In this document: piece after piece, positions 29,820 through 40,478 of the stretch
Layout: each line of letters begins with the position of its first letter
Numbering within the stretch: the first letter of the stretch is position 1
Assembly: GCA_037443035.1 (NCBI GenBank)
Contig: JBBIPC010000016.1
Coordinates: forward strand, 1-61,731
DNA from: Chthonomonadales bacterium
GTDB taxonomy: Bacteria; Armatimonadota; Chthonomonadetes; Chthonomonadales; CAJBBX01
Length of the DNA stretch: 61,731 nucleotides
Direction: 5' to 3'
The notes under the pieces: model-generated
Told to the model about the DNA's origin: nothing
The model's database searches: none
Seen by the model: only the letters and a program-made list of their open reading frames with translations
Program-made: the position numbers and the translations under genes

Positions 29820-30623
29820 ATGGTAGTGTGGATTTGCACGGATATGGAGGGGCTGAGCGGGGTCTCCAGTTGGGATCAATGCTCGCATCCCGATGACGAC
29901 TCCCCCGAGTACCAGCACGGCCGGGTGCAGCTCACCGAGGACGCCAACGCCGCCATCGCCGGCTGCTTCGATGCGGGCGCATCGGAGGTTCGCATCCTGG
30001 ACGGACACGGGCGCAACCAGAATCGTGGCTTCATCAGCGAACGCCTGGACCCGCGCGCCAAACGCGTCTGGATAGAATCCCGAAAGCCGCTGCGATGGGA
30101 AGGTCTCGGTCCCGATGTCCATGCCGTGGCCATGATAGGTCAGCATGCACGAGTTGGCACGCTCGGTGCTTTTCTGGACCATACACAGTCGTCCAAAGTC
30201 ATCTGCAGTTACCGCATCAACGGTTGCGAGCAGGGCGAGATCGGCCAGATGGCGCTCTACGCAGGAGCCCTGGGAGCGCCACTAGTGTACGTCTCCGGCG
30301 ACGAAGCCGCCTGTGCCGAGGCACGAGCTCTTTTCCCTCACGTAGTTACCACCCCCACGAAGAGGGGCATTCGTTGGGACACCTGCGAGCTGTACGAACC
30401 TCGACTGGTTCGGACGGCTATCCGACGCGATATTGCGCTCGCTATTGCGCAGCTTCCCCAGGCGCGCCCATGGCGGCCGAAGCCACCGCTGACCATTACC
30501 GTGGAATGGTCCTGGACCGGTGCCGCCGACGGTATCGCGTCGGCACCTGGTGTCAGGCGGATCGCTCCGCGCACCGTGGAGTGGGACATTCAGGATCCTC
30601 TCGACATCTTCACCTGGCCCTGA
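29820..30623 (+). CDS. M55 family D-aminopeptidase (DppA-like)
   Basis: DMEG, DGHG, GQHA...LDHT, GEIG and VSGD motifs. Confidence 0.85.
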   Translation: MVVWICTDMEGLSGVSSWDQCSHPDDDSPEYQHGRVQLTEDANAAIAGCFDAGASEVRILDGHGRNQNRGFISERLDPRAKRVWIESRKPLRWEGLGPDVHAVAMIGQHARVGTLGAFLDHTQSSKVICSYRINGCEQGEIGQMALYAGALGAPLVYVSGDEAACAEARALFPHVVTTPTKRGIRWDTCELYEPRLVRTAIRRDIALAIAQLPQARPWRPKPPLTITVEWSWTGAADGIASAPGVRRIAPRTVEWDIQDPLDIFTWP

Positions 30624-30781
30624 ACGGCTACCGCTCGAACCGACGTCGGTAGACGGAGGATAAGCCACTGATGGCGTCGAAGTTGCATCTGTGGTATCCG
30701 ACGTAACGGGGTGAGGGACGGTCCCTCGTACCAGCTCGCCTGCCACCAAGCGAAACACAGACTGGAGGTCCGCATCGCCCG

Positions 30782-32302
30782 ATGCGCATTCTGTTCCTCG
30801 ATCTCGACACTCTCAGGCCCGATCATCTGAGCTGCTACGGCTACCGGCGCCGCACATCGCCTAACGTGGATGCCATCGCCGGGCGCGGGGTCCGGTTCGA
30901 CCGGTACTACTGCACCGACGCGCCATGTCTCCCGAGCAGAGCGGCGCTCTTTACAGGTCGTCCCGGCATCCATACGGGCGTAGTGGGTCACGGAGGAACC
31001 GCTGCGGACATGCGTCATGTTGGCAGGGAGCGTGGCTTCGCGGACCGCTGTCGGTTCGATAACCTTCCCGCACGTCTTGCGCAAGCGGGCCTCAGAACGG
31101 TGTCGGTAAGCCCATTCGCCGAGCGGCATGGGGCGTGGTGGTTCTACGCCGGTTTTCGAGAGATGGTGAATCCGGGCAAGGGCGGTCTCGAGTCGGCGGA
31201 GGATGTCACACCCCATGCCCTGGACTGGCTGCGGCGCAACGCCAAAGCCGATAACTGGTTCCTCCACATCAACTACTGGGATCCCCATACCCCATACAGA
31301 GCGCCAGAGGATTTCGGTAACCCGTTCGCCGATGAACCGGTCGCCGAGTGGATTACCGAGGACGTCTTGGAGCGCCACCGACAGGCTGTCGGTCCCCACA
31401 CCGCCTCGGAGATCAACATGTGGGATGACAATCCAATCCCACGCTGGCCGCGCCATGTACCGGCGGTCCGAACTATGGAAGACGTACGCAAGCACTTCGA
31501 CGGTTACGACTGCGGCATTGCGTATATGGATCGGCACATTGGCATGATCCTAGACGAGTTGGATCGGCAGGGTGTTCTGGACGATACGGCCATCATTGTG
31601 ACTGCGGATCATGGCGAGAATCAGGGCGAACTGGGCATCTACGCAGAACATGCGACGGCCGACGAGGCCACTTGCCGCATTCCCCTGATCATCGCTTGGC
31701 CTGGTGGTGGCTCTGGCTTGGTGGACGGCGAACTGCGATGCAACATCGATCTTGCTCCAACTCTTGCTTCCCTCGCCGGCGCTCAGGCTGCACCGAGCTG
31801 GGAGGGTCAGTCATTCGCGAGCTCCGTGCTCGGTCATGCTTCCCCGGGGCGCGAATACGTCGTGCTCAGCCAATGCGCTCATGTGTGCCAAAGAAGTGTC
31901 CGGAGCAGACAGTACCTCTATGTGCGGACCTATCACGACGGCTTCCATCTCTTCCCCGACGAGATGCTCTTCGCCATCGAAGAGGATCCCCATGAGCAGG
32001 TGGATCTTGCCGAGAAGGCCATTCCTGAGCGGAACGCCCATGCCTGCATGCTCGAAGCGTGGCATGCTCGCATGATGGCCACCATGCCGGACGGCTACGG
32101 CGAGGATCCGCTCTGGACTGTTATGCGGGAAGGCGGTCCCTACCATGCCCGGGGACACCTCGAGAGCTACTGCCAGCGACTCTACACCACGGACCGAGGT
32201 TGGGCGGTTCCGCTTCTCTGGGAGAAGCACCGTAGCGACCCGTCGGTTGCAGGACGGCCGTGCCCGGCGCCACCCGAGGCAGTCGCCGAGGAGCCGGCCT
32301 AA
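30782..32302 (+). CDS. Cytoplasmic sulfatase (Cys-type, choline-sulfatase-like)
   Basis: DLDTLRPDHL, CLPSR, WDPHTPY and ADHGE motifs; no signal peptide. Confidence 0.88.
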   Translation: MRILFLDLDTLRPDHLSCYGYRRRTSPNVDAIAGRGVRFDRYYCTDAPCLPSRAALFTGRPGIHTGVVGHGGTAADMRHVGRERGFADRCRFDNLPARLAQAGLRTVSVSPFAERHGAWWFYAGFREMVNPGKGGLESAEDVTPHALDWLRRNAKADNWFLHINYWDPHTPYRAPEDFGNPFADEPVAEWITEDVLERHRQAVGPHTASEINMWDDNPIPRWPRHVPAVRTMEDVRKHFDGYDCGIAYMDRHIGMILDELDRQGVLDDTAIIVTADHGENQGELGIYAEHATADEATCRIPLIIAWPGGGSGLVDGELRCNIDLAPTLASLAGAQAAPSWEGQSFASSVLGHASPGREYVVLSQCAHVCQRSVRSRQYLYVRTYHDGFHLFPDEMLFAIEEDPHEQVDLAEKAIPERNAHACMLEAWHARMMATMPDGYGEDPLWTVMREGGPYHARGHLESYCQRLYTTDRGWAVPLLWEKHRSDPSVAGRPCPAPPEAVAEEPA

Positions 32303-32350
32303 CGATCACCACCCAAGAACAGACGACAACACGACAATCGGAGAGCGACT

Positions 32351-32674
32351 ATGGAGAGAGTGGGACTCCTTCTGAAGGTGAAGCCGGACAAAATCGAGGA
32401 ATACAAGAAGATCCACGTCAACGTGTGGCCCGAGCTATTAGCCGAACTGCGTGCGGCTGGTATCCGCAACTACAGCCTCTGGCTTGCCCCGGACGGCACG
32501 GAGTTCGGCTATCTGGAATGCGATGATTGGCAGGCAGCCTGCGATTATCTGGCGAAATCGGAGGTCCACGACCGTTGGCAGCAGTTCATGCAGAACTATC
32601 TGGACAGTCCCACCGACGCATCACAGGGCGGCCAGCCTGTGAAGCTGCTGGAGATGAGCTTCCTGATGGAATAA
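32351..32674 (+). CDS. rhaM: L-rhamnose mutarotase family protein
   Basis: EEYKKIH..VWPELL..L..AGIRNYSLW and V.DRWQQFM motifs. Confidence 0.85.
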   Translation: MERVGLLLKVKPDKIEEYKKIHVNVWPELLAELRAAGIRNYSLWLAPDGTEFGYLECDDWQAACDYLAKSEVHDRWQQFMQNYLDSPTDASQGGQPVKLLEMSFLME

Positions 32675-32684
32675 GACGGACTAG

Positions 32685-32852
32685 CTAAAGCGCCAATGCA
32701 AGCTCCAGGAGCCTATCCGCAAGGCAGCGGATGGTGCTCCCCATCGCCAGCCGTGCTAACCAGGTGTCCGGAATTGCACCACTGCCGTAGTATGCACCGG
32801 CGATCTGCCCACAGACCGCGGCAGTGGTGTCGGCATCGTCCCCCAGGTTGGC
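32685..32852 (-). pseudogene. C-terminal remnant of an ADP-ribosylglycohydrolase (DraG/ARH family)
   Basis: Manual translation gives [55 protein letters not shown]. There is an upstream in-frame TGA and no start codon. Not in the ORF track. Confidence 0.85.
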
Positions 32853-32901
32853 GGTTGGCGCAAGGCGCGTGACACTACCGCGCGTATAGCGTGGTCAGGC
32901 T

Positions 32902-33723
32902 TCAGTCCTGCTCCAGGCTAGGGAAGCGCCGAGTCGACGCATCACCCACGACGTGCGTCGAACAACGGCACATGCCGGTAGCAGCTAACTCGACGAGAAG
33001 CCAACCTTCCGGCATCGTCGCCGGGGGCAGGCCGAACGCGAGTGCCGGCGCCCCCACGAGTGGTGTGCCGTTCCAGTGTCGCAGCAACGGCTGATGCAGG
33101 TGACCAGTGACCACGAGCTGAAAACCGCCAGCGTCCAGGAGCTGGAGCAGCCGACGGCGCGGTTCCGGTTCGATGGTCCAGTAGGTACCGCCAGGCTCCT
33201 CAGGATCTTCGAGGAAGAGCGGGTAATGCAACATGAGGACCCGCCGCAGCGCGGTTGCCGTTGTAGCTTCCTCTTCCAGCATACGCCACTGGTCACGTTC
33301 CAGCGCCAAGCCGCTGCCGAGCAGCGTTGCATTCACTGTGACGAGCCGGACACCAGCCACGTTCACCGCTGAGAAGGACGGACCCATCGCGCGTTCGTAT
33401 GCTTCGATGCGCTCCGCAGACGGTACAAGTCCGGTGGGCAGCTTCTTGTCGCCTACCTCGTGGTTGCCGGGAGCGAAGCACACAGGAATGGCCACATGCC
33501 GCGTGATTTCCGCAAGCTCTTGGAACTCCGCGTCGCACCCATTGTCGGTCATGTCGCCGGGCATGAGTATCAAGTCCACGTCGGCGCCCTGAGCCGCACG
33601 GAGCGCCTCCCCGAACTGGGCAAGCCGAGTGGCGTGCTCGGGATGGCCTGGCGGAGTGAGGTGGGCATCCGACAGGACGGCGACGCGCTTGGTGGACTCG
33701 GTTCCTGTCCGCTGCTGAGCCAT
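32902..33723 (-). CDS. Calcineurin-like metallophosphoesterase (CpdA/Icc-like)
   Basis: SDAH, GDMTD, PGNHE, MLHYP and TGHLH motifs. Confidence 0.85.
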   Translation of the reverse strand: MAQQRTGTESTKRVAVLSDAHLTPPGHPEHATRLAQFGEALRAAQGADVDLILMPGDMTDNGCDAEFQELAEITRHVAIPVCFAPGNHEVGDKKLPTGLVPSAERIEAYERAMGPSFSAVNVAGVRLVTVNATLLGSGLALERDQWRMLEEEATTATALRRVLMLHYPLFLEDPEEPGGTYWTIEPEPRRRLLQLLDAGGFQLVVTGHLHQPLLRHWNGTPLVGAPALAFGLPPATMPEGWLLVELAATGMCRCSTHVVGDASTRRFPSLEQD

Positions 33724-33894
33724 GGCTCGCTCCTCATCCATGGGGCATTGTGGCACGATCCTTGCGCCGGCAGGACTCGCACGATCCTAGCCGGCCACCG
33801 CACCATCCGCCTTCCGAGACTTCCCAGACACCGCTGCGTATAAGATAGTGGAACATAATGACAGCTCGCCTGGCGAAAGGGGGGACGAGGAGCG

Positions 33895-35001
33895 GTGCGA
33901 TGGTCGTGGAGGGTTGGTGAGTATGCTGGCATCGGTGTCTACATCCATGCCACATTCCTGCTGCTTCTGATCTGGATAGGCATCAGCAACTGGGTCGCGG
34001 CTCAAAGCTTGCCCGCTGGGCTGGTGAGCGCCGGTTTCGTAGCAGCAGTGTTCGGCTGCGTTCTGCTGCACGAGTTCGGTCACGCCCTGGCCGCCCGGCG
34101 GTTCGGTATCCGCACTCGCGACATAACGCTGCTTCCCATCGGTGGCGTCGCCCGACTGGAGCGCATGCCGGAGGACCCCCGCCAAGAGCTCTGGGTGGCT
34201 CTTGCCGGTCCCTTCGTCAACGTGGTCCTTGCTGCGGCCATCTTCGTGTGGCTCCTGCTGACGACTGCCCTGACGCCGCTTCAAGATATCAGCTTTGTCA
34301 GCGGTTCGTTCCTGACGCGCCTCATGATTGTGAACGTCATCCTCGTCATATTCAACATGATCCCGGCCTTCCCCATGGACGGCGGTCGGGTGGTCCGGGC
34401 GATTCTCGCCATGCGGATGGACTACACCCGCGCCACCCAGATAGCGGCGAACCTTGGACAGGGGGTCGCGATGCTTCTGGGCTTGTTCGGGTTGCTGAAC
34501 GGCAACTTCATGCTGCTGTTCATCGCATTCTTCGTGTGGATCGGCGCTGGCCAGGAAGCGAGTGTTGTTCAGATCAGGCATGCCCTCGGCGGCATACCCG
34601 TCAGTCGCGCCATGCTGACGGATTTCCGCACGCTGTCTCCCACCGATCGCCTACAGGTGCCCGTGGACCTACTCCTGCAGGGGAGTCAGCAGGACTTCCC
34701 CGTGCTGTGGGCTGACGAGGTGCTCGGCATTCTAACGCGCGGAGATCTGTTGGCAGGTTTGGCGCAGCGGGGGCCTGAGGCTACGGTTCAGGAGTTCATG
34801 CGTCGGGATTTCGTCACGACCGACCCGCTGGAGATGCTGGAAAACGCCTTCGCTCGGCTGCAGGAGTGCCAGTGCCACACGATGCCGGTCATCCAGCACG
34901 GTAACTTGGTGGGCCTGCTCACATCGGATAACCTGGGCGAGTTCATGATGATCCAGTCCGCTTTGGAACAGCGCAGGCAGCGTGCTGCGGCCGAGGCATG
35001 A
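33895..35001 (+). CDS. Site-2 protease (M50) with tandem CBS domains
   Basis: LLHEFGH, AGPFVN and FNMIPAFPMDGGR motifs; C-terminal CBS pair. Confidence 0.93.
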   Translation: MRWSWRVGEYAGIGVYIHATFLLLLIWIGISNWVAAQSLPAGLVSAGFVAAVFGCVLLHEFGHALAARRFGIRTRDITLLPIGGVARLERMPEDPRQELWVALAGPFVNVVLAAAIFVWLLLTTALTPLQDISFVSGSFLTRLMIVNVILVIFNMIPAFPMDGGRVVRAILAMRMDYTRATQIAANLGQGVAMLLGLFGLLNGNFMLLFIAFFVWIGAGQEASVVQIRHALGGIPVSRAMLTDFRTLSPTDRLQVPVDLLLQGSQQDFPVLWADEVLGILTRGDLLAGLAQRGPEATVQEFMRRDFVTTDPLEMLENAFARLQECQCHTMPVIQHGNLVGLLTSDNLGEFMMIQSALEQRRQRAAAEA

Positions 35002-35041
35002 CACACTGCACCTATCTCACCGCACCTTCGGAAGGTCTCTC

Positions 35042-36295
35042 ATGAGTTCGACGGGACGTCCCACGGATTCCGGCACGCCGTCGGAGGTCGCGATCATCCT
35101 TCGGGGCGAGGGATACACCCTCGTACGAGATGGCGAACCGTACTTCGTGAAGGGAGCCGTTGGCCGCGCCCACTTGGAGCGTCTGCTGACGGCCGGAGGC
35201 AATTCGATCCGAGCGGGTGTTCATGATCTCGACCGTGCGCATGCGCTCGGTCTCACGGTGCTCGTAGGCTTGCCCTTCGGAAAACAGCGCTGGGGCTTCG
35301 ACTACACGAACCGTCGAGAAGTGGAGGCTCAACTTGGGGAACTCCGAGACCTTGTCACGACCCACAAAGACCACCCTGCACTCCTCATGTGGGCCATCGG
35401 CAACGAGCTCGAGATTCACACGACAGCGGATCAGCGGGTTCCTCTCTGGGATGCCGTCAACGAAGCAGCCGAGATGATCCACCGGTGGGACCCTTACCAT
35501 CCGGTGATCACGCCCCTGGGGTGCGACTTCATCCACCAGCGCATACTGCCGGAGCTCGACAGGCTTTGCCCTGCGCTGGATGCCATCGGCCTCAACGCCT
35601 ACGACGACATGCTTCGTCTGCCGGAAGAGATCCAGAAGCAGGGCTGGACGCGACCGTACATCATCACGGAGTTCGGTCCGCGTGGGCACTGGCAGGTGCC
35701 CAGGACGCCGTGGGGAATGCCGATCGAAGACACGAGTACCGAGAAGGCGGCGTTCTGCCGGCGCGCCTATGAGCATGCGGTGGCAGGTCGGCCGAACTGC
35801 CTGGGTTCCTACGTCTTCCACTGGTCCCAGCACCACGAGAAGACCCATACGTGGTATGGAATGTTCTTGCCGGATGGTGGCCCCACAGAAGCTGTGGAAG
35901 CCATGCAGGAGCTATGGAGCGGCAAACCGCCTGCCAATCGCTGCCCGCGTATTGGTGCGACGGGGATATGCCTGGAACCTTCAGGAATCACCCGAGAGAG
36001 CCCGGGCGTTTTCGCACCAGGAGCCATCCTTCGTTGCAGCGTCGCGGCCCAGGATCCGGACAACGACCCGCTCGACGTTACGTGGGATGTGCGCCAGGAC
36101 GTGGCAGACAATCCCAACGTCGGCGGCGATCGCGAGGAGCCGGTGGATCCCATCCAGGGATGTATCCTGGCAACCGACGCATGCTCTGCAACCATACGAC
36201 TGCCATCGGAACCTGGTCATTACCGCCTCTTCGTCTACGTGCATGATAGCTGCGGCAACGCGGCGACGGCGAATGTGCCGGTGACGACGCGATAG
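35042..36295 (+). CDS. Clan GH-A (GH2 TIM-barrel-like) glycoside hydrolase
   Basis: GGNSIR, WAIGNE (acid/base) and ITEFGPRGHW (nucleophile); C-terminal Ig-like domain. Confidence 0.75.
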   Translation: MSSTGRPTDSGTPSEVAIILRGEGYTLVRDGEPYFVKGAVGRAHLERLLTAGGNSIRAGVHDLDRAHALGLTVLVGLPFGKQRWGFDYTNRREVEAQLGELRDLVTTHKDHPALLMWAIGNELEIHTTADQRVPLWDAVNEAAEMIHRWDPYHPVITPLGCDFIHQRILPELDRLCPALDAIGLNAYDDMLRLPEEIQKQGWTRPYIITEFGPRGHWQVPRTPWGMPIEDTSTEKAAFCRRAYEHAVAGRPNCLGSYVFHWSQHHEKTHTWYGMFLPDGGPTEAVEAMQELWSGKPPANRCPRIGATGICLEPSGITRESPGVFAPGAILRCSVAAQDPDNDPLDVTWDVRQDVADNPNVGGDREEPVDPIQGCILATDACSATIRLPSEPGHYRLFVYVHDSCGNAATANVPVTTR

Positions 36296-36415
36296 CATTC
36301 CTGTCGTTCGACGTCGAAGCGACGGCTGCCGCTCGGCCGAAGCGCAACAGCGTCTACAATGGAACAAGGTGCGGACCAGCGGTGTTCCGCTGTCGAATGC
36401 GAAAGGACGACGGCA

Positions 36416-39202
36416 ATGCGAACAGGTGACTCCACTTCGGCCAAGGCTAGCAGCCCATCGCCATCGGTCGCCAATCAGACCCACGAGTCGGCGAGCGATA
36501 TCCTTCGACAGAGCCGACGGGGCATACAGGCGCTCTTCGCTCCCAAGGGGGTGGCCGTCGTTGGGGCGAGCGATGATCCGGAGAGCGTCGGCGTCACCAT
36601 CGTCCGGAATCTCATATCCAGCCCGTTCGGCGGTCTCGTGTTTCCAGTGACCAAGGAATGCTCCCATGTTCAGGGCATTCGCGCCTATCCTTCACTCACC
36701 GAGCTGCCCGACAAGGTGGACCTGGCTGTAATCGCGACACCTGCACAGACTGTTCCGGAGATCATCGCACAGTGTGGTGCCGCCGGCGTGCAAGCTGCCA
36801 TCATCGCGTCCGCGGGTTTTCGCGAACAGGGAGACGACGGGGCTGAGTACGGTCCGCTGGTACTTGCGGAAGCAAGGCGTGCCCGAGTTCGCGTTCTCGG
36901 TCCGGCAAGCCTAGGCGTCATGTGCACAGCCACAGGTCTCAACGCCACTTTCGCACCGTCCATGGCACTCCGCGGCTCCGTAGGCTTCCTGAGTCAGAGC
37001 AATGCGCTTTCGACTGCCGTGTTGAACTGGAGCTTGAGCGACCTCGTGGGATTCAGCGCCTTCGTCTCCGTCGGGAATATGTTGGACGTGGGCTGGGGGG
37101 ACCTCATTGACTACCTGGGCAACGATCCCAACACGCGCAGCATCGTCATCTACATGGAATCCATCGGAGATGCACGCTCGTTTCTGTCGGCAGCCCGCGA
37201 GGTGGCGCTATCCAAACCCATCATCGTCATCAAGGCCGGCCGGACCACTGAAGCGGCCGAGGCATCCCAATCCCACACGGGAGCCTGGGCTGGCAGCGAC
37301 GAGGTGCTCAACGCGGCGTTCCGCCGATGTGGTGTTCTTCGCGTGGACAAGGTCGCCGACCTCTTCTATATGGCGGAGGTACTCGCCCGGCAGCCGCGAC
37401 CCAAGGGGCCACGGTTGGCCATCGTTTCCAACGCAGGAGGCCCGGGCGTCATTGCCACCGATGCGGCCGTCCAGTACGGGAGTCACGTGCCCTGCCTCTC
37501 GGAGGAAACCGTTCGCGCGATGGATCAGGCTATGCCGCCTGCCTGGAGCCGGAGCAATCCTGTGGATATCCTGGGCGATGCGGATCCGGACCGATACGCT
37601 ACCGCTGTGGAGATTGTCTCCAAAGACGAGAACACGGACGGAATCGTGGTCATCCTCACGGCGCAGGCGCTCACCGATCCCACGCAGACCGCCGAACGCC
37701 TTCGACCGTTCGCGAAGCTCCAAGGCAAACCTATCCTCGCAACATGGATGGGCGGCGCAGAGGTTCAGGCCGGTATCAGCATCCTGAACAGCGCCGGTAT
37801 CCCGACCTATCCGTACCCCGACAGCGCGGCTCGCGCCTTCAGCTACATGTGGCAATACACCTATAACCTCCGAGGCATCTACGAGACGCCGACGCTGTCT
37901 CCTGATCTGGTGGAGAAGGGGCCAGACCGCGAGAAGGCGGCCGCCGTGATACAGACCGCGCGTGCGATGAACCGCACGCTGCTCACATGGGGCGAAGCGG
38001 AGCGGCTGCTGGCGGCCTATGGCATCAAGACTGTCGAGAACCTGGTGGCAACCGAGGAGGATCAGGCCGTTCGGTACGCTCGTGCCGTCGGTTATCCGGT
38101 CGTCATGAAGGCTATCCGGCAGGCGGTCACCCAAGAGACTGGCATGCGTGGAGTCCAGCTCAATCTCGTCAATGGCGATGCTGTCCGGAAGGCATTCCGC
38201 ACGATTCGCGACTCCGTAGTGGCGACGTATGGCGAACGGGGTTTCCTCGGCGTCAGCATTCAGCAGATGGTCCGACGCAGCGGCTATGAAGTCGTCCTGA
38301 GCAGCAGGATCGATCCGCAGTTCGGGCCCGTGATCGTTTTCGGCGCCGGCGGTCGCCTGGGTATGGCGCTGAAGGACCGGGCGCTCGCGCTGCCGCCTTT
38401 GACCGCGACGCTCGCACGACGGATGATGGAGCAAACGAGGGTCTACGCGGCGTTCTCCGGTGAACACGGGGATGAGCCAGTGGATCTGGCCGCGTTGGAG
38501 ATGCTCATCGTTCGTTTCAGCTACCTTGTCGTCGAGCAGCGCTGGATCGAGGAAATCCGTATTGATCCACTGCTCGTGTCGCCTGAGGGAGCGCTCGTGC
38601 TTGGTGCACGCGTAACACTCCTCGACCCGTCGGTCAAGGAAGAGGACCTTCCAAGGCTGGCGATTCGGCCCTATCCTGTGCAGTACGTCGGACGCTGGAC
38701 CATGCGCGACGGGACGGAGGTGCTGATCCGTCCCATCCGTCCGGAAGACGAACCGCTGATCGTGGACTTCCATCAGACGCTATCGGATCAAAGCATCTAC
38801 ATGCGCTATTTCCACGCCATGAAGCTCAGCCAGCGGGTGGCGCATGAACGCATGATCCGGATCTGTTTCAACGATTACGATCGGGAGATCGCTCTCGTGG
38901 CAGAGAACCGAGACCCCGAGACGGGCAAGGTCCGGATTCTGGGTGTATCACGGCTGAGCAAGATCCATGGCACGAACGACTCCGAGTTTTCGCTCTTGGT
39001 CAACGATGCCTACCACGGCCGCGGGCTGGGGACGGAGCTTCTGCGACGGCTTATCGAAGTCGCCCGCGACGAGAGACTGAGCTCTATCCTGGCGGACATC
39101 TTGCCGGAGAACTACCCCATGCAGCACGTCTGCGAGAAACTGGGCTTCAAGCTTCGGCGGGACATGGGCGCGGAGATGGTCAAGGCCAGGCTGGACCTCT
39201 AG
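36416..39202 (+). CDS. Acyl-CoA ligase-like/GNAT fusion (Pat/PatZ-type protein lysine acetyltransferase)
   Basis: CoA-binding [35 protein letters not shown] and C-terminal GNAT ([10 protein letters not shown]). Confidence 0.9.
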   Translation: MRTGDSTSAKASSPSPSVANQTHESASDILRQSRRGIQALFAPKGVAVVGASDDPESVGVTIVRNLISSPFGGLVFPVTKECSHVQGIRAYPSLTELPDKVDLAVIATPAQTVPEIIAQCGAAGVQAAIIASAGFREQGDDGAEYGPLVLAEARRARVRVLGPASLGVMCTATGLNATFAPSMALRGSVGFLSQSNALSTAVLNWSLSDLVGFSAFVSVGNMLDVGWGDLIDYLGNDPNTRSIVIYMESIGDARSFLSAAREVALSKPIIVIKAGRTTEAAEASQSHTGAWAGSDEVLNAAFRRCGVLRVDKVADLFYMAEVLARQPRPKGPRLAIVSNAGGPGVIATDAAVQYGSHVPCLSEETVRAMDQAMPPAWSRSNPVDILGDADPDRYATAVEIVSKDENTDGIVVILTAQALTDPTQTAERLRPFAKLQGKPILATWMGGAEVQAGISILNSAGIPTYPYPDSAARAFSYMWQYTYNLRGIYETPTLSPDLVEKGPDREKAAAVIQTARAMNRTLLTWGEAERLLAAYGIKTVENLVATEEDQAVRYARAVGYPVVMKAIRQAVTQETGMRGVQLNLVNGDAVRKAFRTIRDSVVATYGERGFLGVSIQQMVRRSGYEVVLSSRIDPQFGPVIVFGAGGRLGMALKDRALALPPLTATLARRMMEQTRVYAAFSGEHGDEPVDLAALEMLIVRFSYLVVEQRWIEEIRIDPLLVSPEGALVLGARVTLLDPSVKEEDLPRLAIRPYPVQYVGRWTMRDGTEVLIRPIRPEDEPLIVDFHQTLSDQSIYMRYFHAMKLSQRVAHERMIRICFNDYDREIALVAENRDPETGKVRILGVSRLSKIHGTNDSEFSLLVNDAYHGRGLGTELLRRLIEVARDERLSSILADILPENYPMQHVCEKLGFKLRRDMGAEMVKARLDL

Positions 39203-39276
39203 GCAAAGAGCCACCTGATCGGCCACCACGAGGCTGGCCTACAGAGGCCTGGATCGGACGGAGGAGGGCGTCGCCG

Positions 39277-40353
39277 CTAGTCGCCCAGCGACATGCCGAT
39301 GAGACGCGCCGTCTGGATCCACGGATGGTCCAGCGGCACTGTCCGTTTCTTGCCGGCAACCTTTTCCAGCGGCACGGGGAGCAGCTCCTCGCCCCTTATG
39401 GCCACCATGACGCCGAACGTGCCTTCGGCAATGAGCGTCGCGGCCTTGACACCCAACTGGGTAGCGAGCAAGCGGTCGGTCGGCGAGGGAACGCCGCCAC
39501 GCTGTACATGACCCAAGGTCGTCACGCGCGTCTCCATGCCGAGAGCCTTTTCCAGTGCCACGGCCAACTGGGAGCTCGTGGTGGCCGTCACGTCCAGGTC
39601 TTCGTCCGACTTGGATGTTTCCTCAGTCCCGTGAGGTCGTGCTCCTTCACCCACGGATACGAGGCTGAATCGCCGGCCCCGTTCGCGGCGCTGCGCCACC
39701 GCGGCGATCACCTTGTCCAGCTTGTAGGGTATCTCGGGTATCAGGCAGACGTCGGCCCCTCCGGCCAGACTCGCGCCGAGGGCCAACCAGCCAGTGTTAT
39801 GACCCATGATGTCCACGAGAATGACGCGCTGATGGCTGGACGCTGTCGTATGGAGACGGTCGAGGGCCTCCGTGGCGATGGACATGGCAGAGTCGAAACC
39901 GAAGGTCACGTCGGTCTCGGCGATGTCGTTGTCTATGGTCTTGGGCAGGGCGACGATATTGAGACCTTGTTTCTTCAGGTGCAGGGCGACTTTCATGGTG
40001 CCGCCGCCACCGATGCAGACAAGGCAGTCGAGCTCGAGCCTGCGGTAGTTCTCTACCGCTGCGCCTGTCATGTCCCGTGCGGAACCATCTGCACTGGGCA
40101 TCCGCTGGGGCTTGTGGCGACTCGTGCCGAGGATGGTTCCTCCGAGAGTGAGCAGCCCGGACAGCTCGTGATCGGCCAGGCGGATGAACCGATTCTCCAC
40201 AAGGCCAGTGAACCCATCCAGAAAACCGAACACCTCGATACCGTAAGCGCTGCGGGCCGCCTTCGCGACGCCGCGTATGGCAGCGTTGAGTCCCGGGCAG
40301 TCCCCGCCCGAGGTCAATACGCCGATGGCCTTGACTGCAGTTTTCCTTGCCAT
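39277..40353 (-). CDS. pfkA: ATP-dependent 6-phosphofructokinase (group III-like)
   Basis: [41 protein letters not shown] and LGHVQRGG motifs. Confidence 0.92.
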   Translation of the reverse strand: MARKTAVKAIGVLTSGGDCPGLNAAIRGVAKAARSAYGIEVFGFLDGFTGLVENRFIRLADHELSGLLTLGGTILGTSRHKPQRMPSADGSARDMTGAAVENYRRLELDCLVCIGGGGTMKVALHLKKQGLNIVALPKTIDNDIAETDVTFGFDSAMSIATEALDRLHTTASSHQRVILVDIMGHNTGWLALGASLAGGADVCLIPEIPYKLDKVIAAVAQRRERGRRFSLVSVGEGARPHGTEETSKSDEDLDVTATTSSQLAVALEKALGMETRVTTLGHVQRGGVPSPTDRLLATQLGVKAATLIAEGTFGVMVAIRGEELLPVPLEKVAGKKRTVPLDHPWIQTARLIGMSLGD

Positions 40354-40478
40354 GATCTCCCTCGATCGCCACAAATGGCACCCGCTGCGTAATAGCAGGA
40401 ACGGTAGGAACCGGGTCACCTGAAGCCGAATTCATTGGCATGATACCTGAAGGTCCCGGACGCAGACGGAGTACACGC

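Noticed and set aside
37208..38773. 521-aa antisense ORF (and similar long shadows: 375-1370, 18829-20037, 44157-45389, 45272-46564, 56609-57781, 60404-61606)
   Set aside because: They lie opposite well-supported genes, have no motifs, and are expected in high-GC DNA.
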